Positions 1 to 14,276 of a stretch of DNA of 64,000 bases are shown here, piece by piece; position 1 is the stretch's first letter, and each line of letters begins with the position of its first letter. Position numbers and translations under genes: made by a program. The notes under the pieces were generated by a model. The model did not search any database. It was not told the origin of the DNA and saw only the letters and a list, made by a program, of their open reading frames with translations. The stretch is from Octopus bimaculoides. Taxonomy: Eukaryota. Location: contig NC_068981.1 of the NCBI RefSeq assembly GCF_001194135.2, positions 156,295,176 to 156,359,175 of the forward strand, read 5' to 3'.

Positions 1-91
1 TTCATTAATTGATATACCAAGCTGGTGTTTGGAACACAACAGCAGAATGTTTATTCCATAAAACTACATTTTTAATTTCGGTAATGAGCAA

Positions 92-310
92 GGCAGCGAG
101 CTGGCAAAATTCTTAACACATTGGACAAAATGCTTAGCAGCATTTCTTCCAGCTCTTTATGTTCTGTGTTCAGACCCCACCAAGATCAATTTTGCACTTC
201 ATCTTTTAAGGGTTGATACAATGAAGTACCAGACAAGTACTGGGATCAGTGTAATCATATTGTCACTCCCTTCAAAATTGCTGGCCTTGTGCCAAAATTT
301 AGAAAGAATT
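92..310 (+). mobile_element. tRNA-type SINE family 1
   Basis: gcgagctggcaaaat A-box-like head, aagtaccag body; homologous to 4679-5130, 27879-28065, 62805-62978. Confidence 0.7.
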
Positions 311-888
311 TATATAGTGAACACATTAAAATAGGTGGTCTCCAATGAAAGAACCAGTTGCAATCCCCAGCCCTTTGGTACCAAAAGGGTTAATATGACT
401 AAACTGATATTTGAGATTGCACAATTTATCATAGGATATCATTCATAATTTTATTTTTAAAATGCTTCATGATTTAAAGGAAATGGACACTCACTTATAA
501 GTATGTTTTAACTGTGAATTTAAAGATCAATTCTTCTGCATCCTTCAAAATTCCATGCTTCTCAAAATTCACCACCATTTCTCCTGACATGCTTAAGTAT
601 CCTTTCCTTTCTCTGGTTCTTTTACAGTTCATTTCCCTGTCTTCTTGTATTTTATTCTAATTTACTGTGCATACACTTTTAGATTTCATTGCATCTTTCT
701 TTTCTTGTCTTATTGCCACTTCCTAACCCCTCTTTTATCCTTTTTTTCAACAAGTTGTAGGCCCCTGAGCACTTTATATAAGAAGTTCATTATTGCTATT
801 GCTATATTGATCATCAAATCATTAGTAAATTTATTATGTCTATGTATTTCTATGATTTTTATAAGTCTTTTTATTTTTTTTATTTCAG

Positions 889-960
889 TCAACATTTAAC
901 CGCAAAAGACGATCCTCAGACACTGATTCAGACATTGCTCTTCCAGTCCAAAAGAAAAAG
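889..960 (+). CDS. DNTTIP1: DNTTIP1 exon (STFNRKRRSSDTDSDIALPVQKKK)
   Basis: tttatttcag acceptor, gtaaag donor, 72 nt, phase 0-0, open frame. Confidence 0.8.
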
Positions 961-3900
961 GTAAAGCTTTGAATTTTCTCATTTTTATATTGGTTCTTCT
1001 TATTGTTTATTTTAGGTAAACCCTAATTTGAGCAAACCTATAGTCAGAGATATTCTGGCATTGACCATCTCATGTTTTCGTATATCCAACCCTTAATAAG
1101 ATGGTAGGGTATGATTTGGTGAAATTTGGGTACTATTTCTAGCAAATCAAGTTACCATGAAGAGCATAGGTGGGGAGTGCCTCAGTACTTGAGAAACTGT
1201 GAGAATACACAGCACTGAAAAAAATAATGACTCATTAATTTTACAGATTTATGTTAGATTATTAACAATAAGCACATTAGAATGTTTGGATTCATAACCA
1301 TGTAGTAACTCACTTTCCCATATGCTTCTCTGTGTGACTTACTAACTCATCATCATCATCATCATTAAGCATTTTCACACACGCACATACACATGGCAGA
1401 CTTTTAGATTCCATGCAGTAAATCCACTCAAAGCTTTAGTCTGCCCAAAGCTATTGTAGAAGACACTCAAGTTGCCATGTAGTGGGATCAGACCCAAAAT
1501 CATGTGAATGGAAAGCAAGTTTCTTTACCACATCACCATGCCTGCTTCTATGCTATGTCTAAGATAAGACAGAAATGAATACAACAGTATATATTAAATT
1601 ACTATTTTGATCTTAAGGCTTAAACTAATTCTTCATGAGTTTATGGAAGCTTCATCTGCTGATGATTTCAAATCTGAATGCAAACAAAAGAGCCTGTACT
1701 CTCCTGGTGTAAGAGATTCTCTTGTTGGTTTGTTTTTATATCAGTTTCCTTCACAGTTACAAAGCTTGTATTTTTTAGTAAAGATGAGTTATAATCAATG
1801 AGTTGAGGTTGATAAAATGAAACATGGCCTATGAAGTTAAGCTGTAGGTAGTGGGGGAAAAACTGAATATTGTAAATCACTTATTCTACTGGTTTATTGT
1901 CTTACCCTTGACCATTGCTTTATATTTCATTGAACTTGTTTCTTTTTATGCTTTTTTGTCAATAAAGAGATACACATGAAACATATATACATATGTACCT
2001 AACACATATGTATCCAGACCAATGAAAGCATAATTTGTGTCACTTAGTTTGCTAAAAATAGCAGCCAAATCACCCTCAGATCACACTCAACGGTCTAGTC
2101 ACAGATATAGAAAAAGATGGGATGGTCATAGGAAGAATGCCTTTGATCACACATTTACTTATGCAATAACATAAACGCAAGCACGCACACTTATGTATGT
2201 ATTCATCATATGCAAAGTACTTAGAGTTTACATCTCTAAGTAAACTTTGTTAACTTTGCTACTCAAGGTCATCAACAAATTTTGCTCAATTTTTTTATCT
2301 TCATCTTCATGCCAGTATTTTATTTTGCTTGTCAAACTACCCACACCATTTTCTTTATATATCTTCAGAATTTAATTTGTCAGCTAAATTTTATTTTTAC
2401 ATGCTGCTTTCATTTTTTAAATTTATTTTCACAGAAAAAAGGCCGTCCCCCAACGCATTCAGGGTAAGTTGATTTTTTATTCCTTTTCTCTTAAATTCTA
2501 TTCTTTTATTCTTTTGCTTGATTCAACTACTGTACTGCAGCATCAAGGTCAATTTCTTTTATAAAAAATCTTCATTGCCTTCAGAAGGAAGACTGCAGGA
2601 TTTAAGTCCTAAAGTACTGGGCAACAAGTCAACTATTAGAATGAGATAGCCATGTTTAGAAATTTGATTAAAAGTTTGACTGAAACAACTATGTTTAATA
2701 TCCTATCTCTATGTCCTGATTACTTCTGTGCTCTAAGGCTAGTCAAATAGGGACTGATTAGGGCTATTTCAACTATGAGTATTAAACATTTTGTAACCTA
2801 TTTTAAACAATACACTGACTGAATTACAATTTATTTTGAAAATGATCAAGCACCAACTTTTTTTTCCATATAATGACCACTTTTGTCTAAATGTAAGCAC
2901 TTTAAAACTGGTAGTTTTTCTAACAAAGAACCAGAGACAGTCTTGAGCTGATTGGTATCAAAAAGGTTAAAAATCATTAAACAGGACTTCTACTTTTGTC
3001 TTGTTTGATGATTCAATGCAGTTGCTTATGATTTATTTGCAATATCTATAAGAATAAAGCTTAGTACAATAATTAACTGTTCAGGTACAGTTTTTTTTTT
3101 ATTCCTCTTCAAAAGATGTTATTAAGTATTAAAAGGGCAAGGGTCAAGAATTTCGGGTTAAATGAAGACCGCTGCATTAGATATCCTATGGTGTGTGGCT
3201 TGATGCCTCACATCCGAATGTGTTCCGTTTACTTCTTGTATCTCAGAAAATAATCATTAGTAATGCATTAGTCAGTTCAAAGGGTTCTTGTACATACACA
3301 AAGCAAATCTTTACACGTAAGGCATGTTGCCTGCCTTACCTAAGTCCACTTTCCTGAAAATGTCCTGACCACATTTTTGACTGAACAATGATGTCATGTT
3401 GTAATGTTGCTGCTTAGCATTCAAGTTGCCCCCCCCCAGACTGACTATGTTATCCAATTTAACCTTTTAAGACAGTAGGGTGTAGTTTGAAAGATATTTA
3501 GCTGTTATTTCTAGCTGGTTGAGCACTCACATGGAGGTTCTTTTGTTGGCTAATGGACTATGTAGCTAGATTTTCAAAAATATTACTCTACATATTAGAA
3601 TAGGAAAATAACATGTAATGCTGTTAAAGAAGACTATCAATAAACTGATTTGTGGAATCTCATTTCTGTGTATTTCTTAGGAGAGTAACACCTCAGAAAT
3701 CTATACGTTCTGTTGAACCACTCAAGAGAGAAGGGCCAAAGGTAAGCTGATATTGCATTTTCTCAATATATTTGATGATGCTACTTCTTAAAGTATTTAA
3801 TTCACATGTAGATTAACATGACTCAGGGTCTTTTAGTTGTAGGATCTTCAATTATTAATTTTAATATTTTATCTTTTACTTGTTTCAGTCATTGGACTGC

Positions 3901-6900
3901 ACACATACTAGACCACTAACTTGAAGTGTTTTAATCAAACAAATCGACTGTAATACTTAGATTTTTAAGTTTGGTACTTATTCTAAAGGTCTGTTTTGCT
4001 GAACCACAAATGCCACAAGGACATAAACAAACCAACACTGGCTGTCGAATGATGAAAGGACAGACAGGCATTTACACACTCTGGGTTTTCACACAGTTTC
4101 TATCTACCAAATTCATTCACAAGGCATTGGTCGGCCCAGGGCTATATTTGAAGGTACTTACCCATGGTGCCATGCATTGGGCTTGAACCTGAAACCAGAT
4201 AGCTGCAAGCTTCTTAACTACAAGGCCATAGCTGTACCTATACAATTACTATTTGCATATTAAATCTAAATGCTAATGAATAATGTACAACTTTTTTATC
4301 AAAATAACTTTATTAATGTACTGAAATAAAACAATGCAAAAAAATATTAAAAGCTGATGTATTTTTGAAAAATATTTTTCACTTCCAATCATACTTTCTC
4401 TTCAGGCAAGGAGGTCTTGAATTTTTGCTGTATTTTGAAGCATTTTAAATGCTTTTCTTGTATATTCACGTAGACCTGTTGATTATTTTTAACCACCTTC
4501 CATGTACTGATTTGTGTTTTCTTTCTTACAAACTGAGATACACATTATACTTCACCTGTCTATTTAATGGATGCTGTAGCTAACTTAAATCTGTCTTTTA
4601 TTTTCTATTCTGTTCAGTTCATTGTCAGATGTTTGAACAATATTTGATAGTTGTCTTCCATTATTATAATATTTCTGAAGGTGGCGAACTGGCAGAATTG
4701 TTAGCTTGGCAGGCAAAATGCTCAGCAACATTTCATCCATCCTTATGTTCTGAGATCAAATTCCAGCAAGGTCAACTTTCCCTATCAACCTTTCGGGGTT
4801 GATGAAATAAGTACAATTTATACACTAGGGTCGGTGTAATTGACTATCCCCCACCCCCAAAATTCCAGCCTTATGCCTATAATAGAAAGGATTATTATAT
4901 TTTTGAAGGAGGCAAGCTGGCAGAACTGTTAGCATGACAGGCAAAATGCTTAGTGACATTTCTTCTAGCTTTGTGTTCGGGGTTCAAATTCCACCAAAGT
5001 TGACTTCACCATTTGTCCTTTTGGGGTTGTTAAAACAAGTACCAGTTCAGCATTGAGATCAATGTTCTCAACTTACTCTCCCCGCTTAACAGACATTGCC
5101 GGCCTTGTACCAAAATTTTAAATCAATATTATGATATATCTCTTAGACTTCTTTTTTTTTTTTTCGTTAGAGTTATTGAAAATGTCTCTATCCTCTATAT
5201 ACATTTGTGCTCATTCTATAAAACATTCTTATAAAATTAAACAAAAGAAAAGTGAGGGAAGAACAAACAAGGTGTATAAGTTTATCACTCAGGAAAAATA
5301 TAAAGTTTATTAGGCTTTGGTCATTGTTCTGACTATCATATTCTAAACTTTTGATACACTCTTTTTACATAAAAAAAATTCTACATAAAAAAATTGTCTT
5401 ACTTTTTAATTTCAGTGGGATCCAGAGCGCCTAATTTCAGAAACACTATTTGTAATGGGTGCAAGGGCCAATAAGTAAGTAAAATGAATTTTTGTTTAAT
5501 TAATTAATTTCAGCACACCCTTCCCACCTCCATCACCTGTACCGGAAGTCTCTATCTTCTAACCTCTATCGGATGTTTCTCCCATGAACACCTCCAAAGG
5601 TTTAATGTTCCCCCATCCCTGCTTAGGGTTTATCTCTTATGTAATGTAGTGATTATGTAGCGCTTAAAATGATGGTATAGTGTAGGCAGGTTGAAGGCTA
5701 TTGTATGTTTATGAGTTCTGCCTCACCAGGAAACAGGAAAGATGGCTATTTATAAATTCCAAATCCTTCCCAGGTGAAGAATGCACCCCACAACATAGAT
5801 TAGTAGTTAGCGACTTCAGGATCAGGGTAAATGGATGTCCAGAAGATGACCAGCATAGAGAAGAAGGGTCTGGAAGCTTAAGGATCCTGCATATGGGCAG
5901 AGATTTAGAGACATCATCATCATCGTCGTCTTCATTTAACGTCCGCTTTCCATGCTAGCATGGGTTGGACGATTTGACTGAGGACTGGTGAAACCGGATG
6001 GCAACACCAGGCTCCAATCTAATTTGGCAGAATTTCTACAGCTGGATGCCCTTCCTAACGCCAACCACTCAGAGAGTGTAGTGGGTGCTTTTACGTGCCA
6101 CCCGCACGAAGGCCAGTCAGGCGGTACTGGCAACGGCCACGCTCAAAATGGTGTCTTTTATGTGCCACTCGCACAAGAGCCAGTCCAGGGGCACTGGCAA
6201 CGATCTCGCTTGAGCATCACATGATGTAGAAGACAACTGGAGGTTCCTATGGGACAACCTGTTGAGGGCTACTGACCAGATCTGTGAATGATGCAAAGTC
6301 CCCTCTCAACCCAAGGTAATATGGTAGTGGAACAATGTAGTTGACAGGGCCATTAGGGTAAAGAAACAGGCATGGAAGGACTGGAAGAATGGTGATAGCA
6401 GGAAATTGTATCAGATTGCCAGGAGACAGGTTTACTTAGCCAGAGGGGAAGCAGATGAGAATAAATTTGCCAATGTTCTGTGTCGTGAGGACCAGAGACT
6501 TGAAGTGTTTTGTGTTGCAAAACTGTGTGTGAGAGAGAATTGTGATGTCATAGGAAAGAAATGTGTCCACATGAATGATGGCTCACTTGCATTTACTGAG
6601 GCTGCAAAGAGAAAGACTTAGAGATGCCACTATAAAAGGTTGCTAAATGAACAGAATGAATTGGAGAAAGAGAGAATCAGTTTAGATGAGATGCGGTTTG
6701 GGTTTGTGCCAGGGTAAAGCACTGCTGATGCTATATTTCTGGTATTTTTTTCTATTTTTAAAGTGATTATTATTAATAGACATTTTCAATTCAGACACCA
6801 AAGTCGTATATATATCATCTTCAATATCATAAGAGTGAACTATATTTTAATATAATTATTCATTTAAATGTACTCCAAGTTTTAATTTTTCTTTTTTCTT

Positions 6901-9900
6901 TTTCTTTTAGAGCTCTTGGATTTGGTGCAACAAGAGGTCGATTATATATAAAGCATCCAGAATTATTCAAAGTAAGTTTTCTTTGGCTCATTCTATATTC
7001 ATTGATTTGTTCCTTTTACTTAATTGTCTTCTACTATTTAAGTTGTTGTTTTGTCGCTCTCTGGCTCATCAGTTCCTGTTAAACCATACAACCTTTACTA
7101 GCATGGAAAAAGTAACATTAAATGATGGATATATGTATGTATGTATATCTTCTTCGGCTGTACATCATAGGTCTATGTTGACTGTTGTTGTTCAGTAACC
7201 ATCTCTGGCAGGCTCACATGCGGGCTACAAAGCCTGCTCTTGATCTACACCAGTGATAACATCTGCAGCAGGTGAATCTGTATGTATGTATATATATATA
7301 TATATATTATGTACTAAATTTACCCACAAGGCATTGGTTGAAATTGTAGAAGTAAGCTCACATCTTTTCCCAGTTTTCTTGGGGAAAATTCATGTTACTG
7401 AAACATCAGTATAAACCACAAATACACAAATGTGTACATAACGTTTGTGTCAGATAAGAAAGGACAGAATCTTAAACCCTTTTGAGAGTCTCTCTGAAGT
7501 GAGGAAGTTATCAAAATAGTAACCTGATGCCAAGGTGGTGGTGTGTAGCAGATTAAATCTGCTACTATCTCCCAAATTTTATTCACAAGGCTTTGGTTAG
7601 CTCAAAGCTACAGTAAGAGACAGTTAGTCCAAGTGCTGCACAGTGAGATCAACACTCAAATTTATTTGTAGTGAAGTGAACTTCTTAAGTATACAGTCAT
7701 GGCTGCTCCCATTAAATAGATAATAGATAAGTATTGTCTGCTTACTAAAGAAGACTTTATCTGAAACAGATTAAAATTACAGATTTAAAAGCTCAAATGT
7801 AACAACTTAAAAACCCTGGTTAATATTTTGATGAGACAATCATTTATGCCTTCTTTGAACAACTGGTTGTAAGCATTTACAGGGTGTTCAGGCTAAATTT
7901 GACAGTTTGTATAAAAGGAAACACAATATCCCATCCAAAAATACAAGTATTTTAGAATATAAAAAAATATCAAGTGATTATGGCTGAGAGATAAAGGTTT
8001 ACTCAAAGCAGCCACTCTCAGCTTCCACCATGGCTTGAAGGTGGCTCTGGAACCTGACACATGTTCCTCACTGTGTCCTTGGGAAGATCTTCGAATACCT
8101 CCTTGATCTTGGCCACCAGCTCAGCTTTGATGTTGCAGGCAGAGCAGTTGATATCTTTATCAATGCACCCCACACATTGTAATCCATGGAATTACAATAT
8201 AGGGAATTAGGAGGCCAGAAGTTGGGGCTGATGAAGTCATAGAAATTCTCTGACAACCACAGCTGCCTCTTTCTGGCAGTATGGCTAGGAGCCAAATCTT
8301 GCTACTACACATATGGCCTTCCAACAGCAACACTGTCCTGCCAGAGATTGACCAGTCTCCAGCAGCTTCACTTGGTTACCTGAATTAAGCCTAAGGCTTT
8401 GTTTATAGATGTGGGGATGAATTCTGACGTGCAGACATAGTCGGAATACCTGTGTTGTCCCTTCCTGCTGGTTACAGCTTTATAGTCTCCATTGCAACTG
8501 TCCATGTCATGTCTTACAGCTTTTACAGTGTTCAGCAGTGATGATGACAGCATTTTGATACCCAGTGCAAATCATCATGATACAGGTAACTTTTCACCTG
8601 TATTCAGATGGCTTCTAGTCCAACATGTCAGCTATTTTTCTCAACTTCAATTTTAGTCATTATGTTCTCCAACATTGCTGACTGTTCCAGAAAAAAGGTT
8701 GTCATAAAAATCATCAAATTTAGTCTGAACATTCTGTATTATAATTTTTATGTAAATGTATTCATTTTTATATGAAATACATATGTATGTAAATTTGTAT
8801 TCTTTACAGTACTCTGGAGACCAAGATGATAAACAGTGGTTATTTGATAACCACCATATGCCTGCTATCGGAGGAAAAGCCTATATATTGTTATATAATG
8901 ACATCGAAAACCTTGCTAATACTGATGAATATCGGTAAGTTGAGATGCTTTATTTAAAGTTAAAATAACATTTGCTTGTGTATCATAAATATAAATAATA
9001 CCTTGAATAATTTTAAATTTTCTTTTGACAATTTTATTCTTTATTCTTTTATGTTTTGGTTTTGATATCATGTTGTACTTCCTTTATGCTTTATTCCCTG
9101 TAACTTTATTATTTCTTTTTATTTCAGTAACTATTTGGCAATTTGGCACTTCCTACTTTAGATATTAAAATGTATTGTTATATATTATAACATAATAGCT
9201 TATTGTGTAATAGCTTTTTTTTAATTACTATTCCAATTTTTATTATTTGATTGTACTAGTAATTTATTAATTTTATCATTCAATTTTCATAATGGTTTAG
9301 TAATTATTATGAGTGTAATATCATCATTATCATTGTACATCTGTCTTCCTGGCATGAGCTGGTTATGTTTCACATCTCATCACCCCCACTCCTTTGTCAT
9401 CTGGTACACATGACAACAAGGAAAACCTAACCAACTGTATTGTTGTGTATCTCATTATTTTTAGCATGATTTTTATAGCTGGTTGCACTTCCCATCAACA
9501 GCCACTTTACAATGTAGACATATTAGTAATTGGGATCTATTTTAAAACGGGGGCCACATTTTTCATTAATGTTTTACGTAGTGTTTTTGGTACGGAAAGA
9601 CTTTCAAACTTCGTATACTTATCTATTTTGTGTTATAGAGCAGAAAAATATTTTTGTATTCGAATTTATTTCATGTAAAAAATTGTCTTATTTCGATAAT
9701 TTCAACCAATCACTAACAAGTATTCAGTTGTTTACATTTACTCCTTTGGCTGATTAAGCGATGTAAAGCGTATTTAATCTCCATACCTTCGTTTTATTTG
9801 CTTTTTTCATCTTAAATTTGCTTTAACCCCTAACCCTAACCTTAGGGTTAGGGTTAATTGTTTCAGAATCGTTTGTTTATGTAGTCGGCACTTAATGTAT

Positions 9901-12900
9901 ATCGGCTGAATGGACGTCAGTGATTGGTTGAAATTACAGAAATACGACAACTTTAATATGGAATAACTTAGGGATTTCTTTTTTTTTTAAGAAGACTAAG
10001 AGAAAAAGATGTTTTATATGACACATTCTACCAGTGCTCCAAGTTTCAAAGTGTTTCGTTAATGAAAAATGTGGCCCCCGTTTTAAAAAAGATCCAGTAA
10101 TTGTAATTAAATCAAAAAACTAATAATTATATAATTATGATGAGATAACAGACTTTTTGCTCTTTTATTCCTAAGTTAGTAATTTCCAAAATAAAACATA
10201 TTTCTGCCTCTTTGCCAAATTAAACTATATTTTTAATCTTAATTATTTTTTGTTCTAAAATATTAAGGTTTTTTTAGTTTTTTTCTTTTTTTTGTGGACT
10301 TTTTGTTTTTGTTTGTTTTGTTTTTTTTTGACACATTAAATTTCATGCAAGGTTGCTTTTGTCTTGCTGTTTTAGTTCTTTATATCATATGAAAGAACTA
10401 TATACTGACATTGTAAGACACCAAGCTACCAATATTCACCAANNNNNNNNNNATTACTTCTTTCTACTGTTGAAGTGTTGCTGTTTAGTAACACTTGTCA
10501 ACATTGATCAAGCATCTGCTGTCCAGCATTGAAAAATTTTGTCACCATTATAATTTGGACATCCTAGCTTTTGCACTGTCAGTTAACGCTTAAACATATG
10601 TCCAGAGTATACTATAGTGCCAGAGGCAAGAAAAAAAGCCATATCATCAGAAACAATGTTTTATTTATTCAGCTAGTGTGACTTATCGCTTATCTTGACA
10701 GAATATACAAAGTTTTGTTTGAAATTAAAAAAATTTAGTTGATGTGTTTGGTTTGCTTCTCTTAAAAACACTAAAAATGTTGGTGGGGTGAATTTAACTT
10801 GACATTTGTTTTGTTTTTTGTTTTTTCATTTTCTATATTTGAAGCAAGTTTGTTGCTTTGTGCTTCGTCTGAATTTGAATGACATCAAAACAATTTCACT
10901 AATGTCAATTTCCATTCTACAGGGAAAATCCCAATGTGATACTCAATGAATTGGTGCTTTTCAAGGTTCCTCTTTGGATGTTAGAAAAGATGAAAATACA
11001 AATGAATGCTTTACGTACAGATCTTCCTAAAACCAAAACTCCAAGCATAAACAATATACATTCCAACGATACAATTATTTCATTGACTAAAGAAGTACAA
11101 CCAGCAGTCATTCAGGTAAATTACTAAACTCCTTTATCTAAGACAATCTAAACTTTATTTACTGCATAAGCAGTAACCTAACATTAATAATTACATTCTT
11201 AACTCATCTCCCAATTATGAGTGTTTACAGTGATTACTGCAACAAAACTTTTCCTTAATCATTACTAGCTAAATTGAAAACAGGTTGGAAAATGAATGTA
11301 TCATAGATTCTGAAGAAAGGACAGTATGAAAACTGAAAGAGATCCTGGCCAGACATAAGTTCAAAGAAGTAGTAGTTGATGCATATGACAAGAAGGGGTA
11401 GGAGATAAAAGCTTATAATATAGAGAGCATTTAGGAGGCAATCTACTGCAGACCACTGACCAGAATTGTGACTGGTGCAAAGTTTTTGCCAGACAAAATG
11501 TGACATGGTGGTGGAATAGCACAGGAGATAAAGTCATAGATGCTGAAAATTAAAAAAAGGAGCAAGGAACAATATCAAATAGAAGAGAAGCTATATGTCA
11601 TGTGTATGTACCATAAGTAAACCCAACAGAACGACCATATATTTAAAGTTGACATCATCATCATCATCATCATCATCGTTTAACGTCCGCTTTCCATGCT
11701 AGCATGGGTTGGACGATTTGACTGAGGACTGGTGAAACCGGATGGCAACACCAGGCTCCAGTCTGATTTGGCAGAGTTTCTAGATAAGCGATTTGACAGT
11801 TATACACTCAAATGTGCAATTAAAATATGATGGCATGAAAAGCAGCTGGACCATCAGGGATGGTTGCTGAAATGGTGAAAATACTCAATAATATTAGACA
11901 CATTAGTCAGTCGTGTAGTCGTCATATCCAGCGACTGGTGTAACAGTATCATCAACAACTGTTACAAAGGCAAAGAAGATATTCTAGAAGAAAGCCACAA
12001 CAGAAGCATCAAACTGATGGACCACGTTAAGAAAATAATGGAAATAGTTATGATTAGTAAAAGAGGCAGATTAGATAAAATGCAGTTCAGGTTTGTGACA
12101 GAATAGGGCACCACTAATGCACTCTTCATAATGAAACAACTTCAGAAGTTCTTAGCTTTAGAGCAAGCAACTTCATCCAGCATTCATTTACCTGGAGAAG
12201 GTTTTGACAGGCTACCACACTCTGTAGTCTGTCTTGTGGTTGCTAAGAAAACTAGGTGATGAATGGCTTGTATGAACTGTGCAAGACATATACAGAGATG
12301 TCATCAGAAAAGTGAAAGCCAACAATGAGTTCAGTGAGGAGTTTAGCATGAAGGTAGGTGTCCATCAGGATTTGGTTCTTAGCCTCCTACTATTTACTAT
12401 AGTTCTCCAGGTTATAACAGAGGTGTTTAAGACTTCACATCTATCAGAATTCCTGTATGTTGATGAACTGTTTCTTATAGTTGAATTTGCTGAAGATTTA
12501 GAGAAAAAACAATTGCAGCGTGGAAGGTGTTTATAAGCCATTTAAGAAACACACATGCAGCACAGAATTTTGTCAGTGAACAGGTTGCGGTCTCAAAGCG
12601 ACGAAAATATTTTGACACAAATTAAATTTAAATGTTGAAGTGAATCTAACGGTTTTTGTGTGTTTCTTAAATGGCTTATAAACACCTTCCACGCTGCAAT
12701 TGTTTTCGTTCCAGCACACGATCTCAGATCAGGTCACTTGCTATGCAAGTACATCTCCGTAATTAGAGAAAAAAATTTCAAATATAGAAGCAATAACTAG
12801 AATAAAGAAACCTCAAGGTAATCATCATCATCATCATTTAACATCCGCTTTCCATGCTGGCATGGCTTGGATGATTTGACTGAAAACTTTTAAGCCAAGG

Positions 12901-14221
12901 GGCTGCACCAGGTTCCAATCTGATTTGGCAAGGTTTCTATGGTTGGATGCCCTTCCTAATGCCAACCACTCTGAGAATGTAGTGGGTGTTTTTTACATGC
13001 CACCAGCACAGGTGCCATTGACCTGACACCGGCATTGGCTATGACTACAATCTCACTTGGCTTGACAGGTCTGTCCAGAAAATAGAAGATAGATGAAAAA
13101 CAGTGACACTGAAAATGATGGGAAATTTATGCACTTTCTGTAATCATATGTAAAACAGATTCACACCACAAAGTAAATGAGTATTTTCTCTCTCGCTCAC
13201 TCATCTGAGTGTTGCCTGTTTTATTCATTTGCCTTTTACAGTTTAACTTGTTTAACCTTCAGTATAAATTTTTTTTTTTAAATGTTGCTTAGCATTTTCT
13301 AAGGTCATTTGTTTCATTGTTTTAAATAATACAATTTCCATTGCAAATATCCTGTTGTTTGAGTTCAGACAATTATCATGTAGGTACCTTCTATTTTCGC
13401 TTCATGAGAAAATGAAACTTAGTAGAAATTACTTATTGAAAAGGAATATTTCTTTAGTAAACTTGTTTTTTTTTTATATTGATATTCATAAGTACTGCAA
13501 TTAGTACAACTTAACTATCTTGATTTAAATAAACCTCTTACATTTGTAGATTCAATAAACTAGATACCTAAAGCTGCTAGTAGAGGCATAGTATTTCAGT
13601 ATTGACAATTATTAAGGAATTAAATGTTTGCATGTCTTTATAGGTTGCTGAGCTAGATAAATAATGAACAAGTAGAGAAGTTACATAACTTCTGGTTTAG
13701 ATTGTTAAAACAGTATAGAAGAAATGTAACTCAATACCATACTATAATTAACATAAGCTAGCAAAGAAGCTTCTATGATGTTACTAAACCTGCTAGAAAT
13801 AGCAGTTAAATTTCTCTCTACCATCTTAAATAAGAAAATCTCACAGTAAGAAAGTCCTAGACACATCCCTTGAAAAAATGGAGTGTTTATGGCTGGAATG
13901 CCTCTATTCATACTTTTGTTTGATGGGAGTGACATCTAAAAATCATATATTCAGCGACTGAAGTTTTAGGCTACATCATTATCATCATCATCTTAATGTC
14001 CAGTTTTCCTTCTCTGCATGCATCGGATGGGGTTTATTGAGACAGATTTTCTACAGCCGGACCCCCCTTGTTGCCAACTTCTGTTTTGAAGCAAGACATG
14101 TTTGTGCAGAATATTGGATGAATAACACCCATTTACAAAAATCCTGCAATGTCAAGACAAAGAATCTCACACACACACACACACACACACGCACGCACGC
14201 ATGCACACACACACACACACA

Positions 14222-14276
<55 letters not shown>

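Larger units (their letters stand above)
11840..12815 (+). mobile_element. RTE-clade LINE RT fragment interrupted by the PLE-type insertion
   Basis: IKLMDHVKKIME, GTTNALFIMKQLQ, VGVHQDLVLSLLLF, LYVDEL (decayed YADDL). Confidence 0.8.

Noticed and set aside
4679-4790. tRNA gene
   Set aside because: A/B-box-like SINE heads only; no complete cloverleaf found here or in the other SINE copies.
9530-9757. Duplicated 75-aa ORF (also 33009-33236) suggesting a gene pair
   Set aside because: It starts in the TIR of the MITE; the duplication is the MITE itself.
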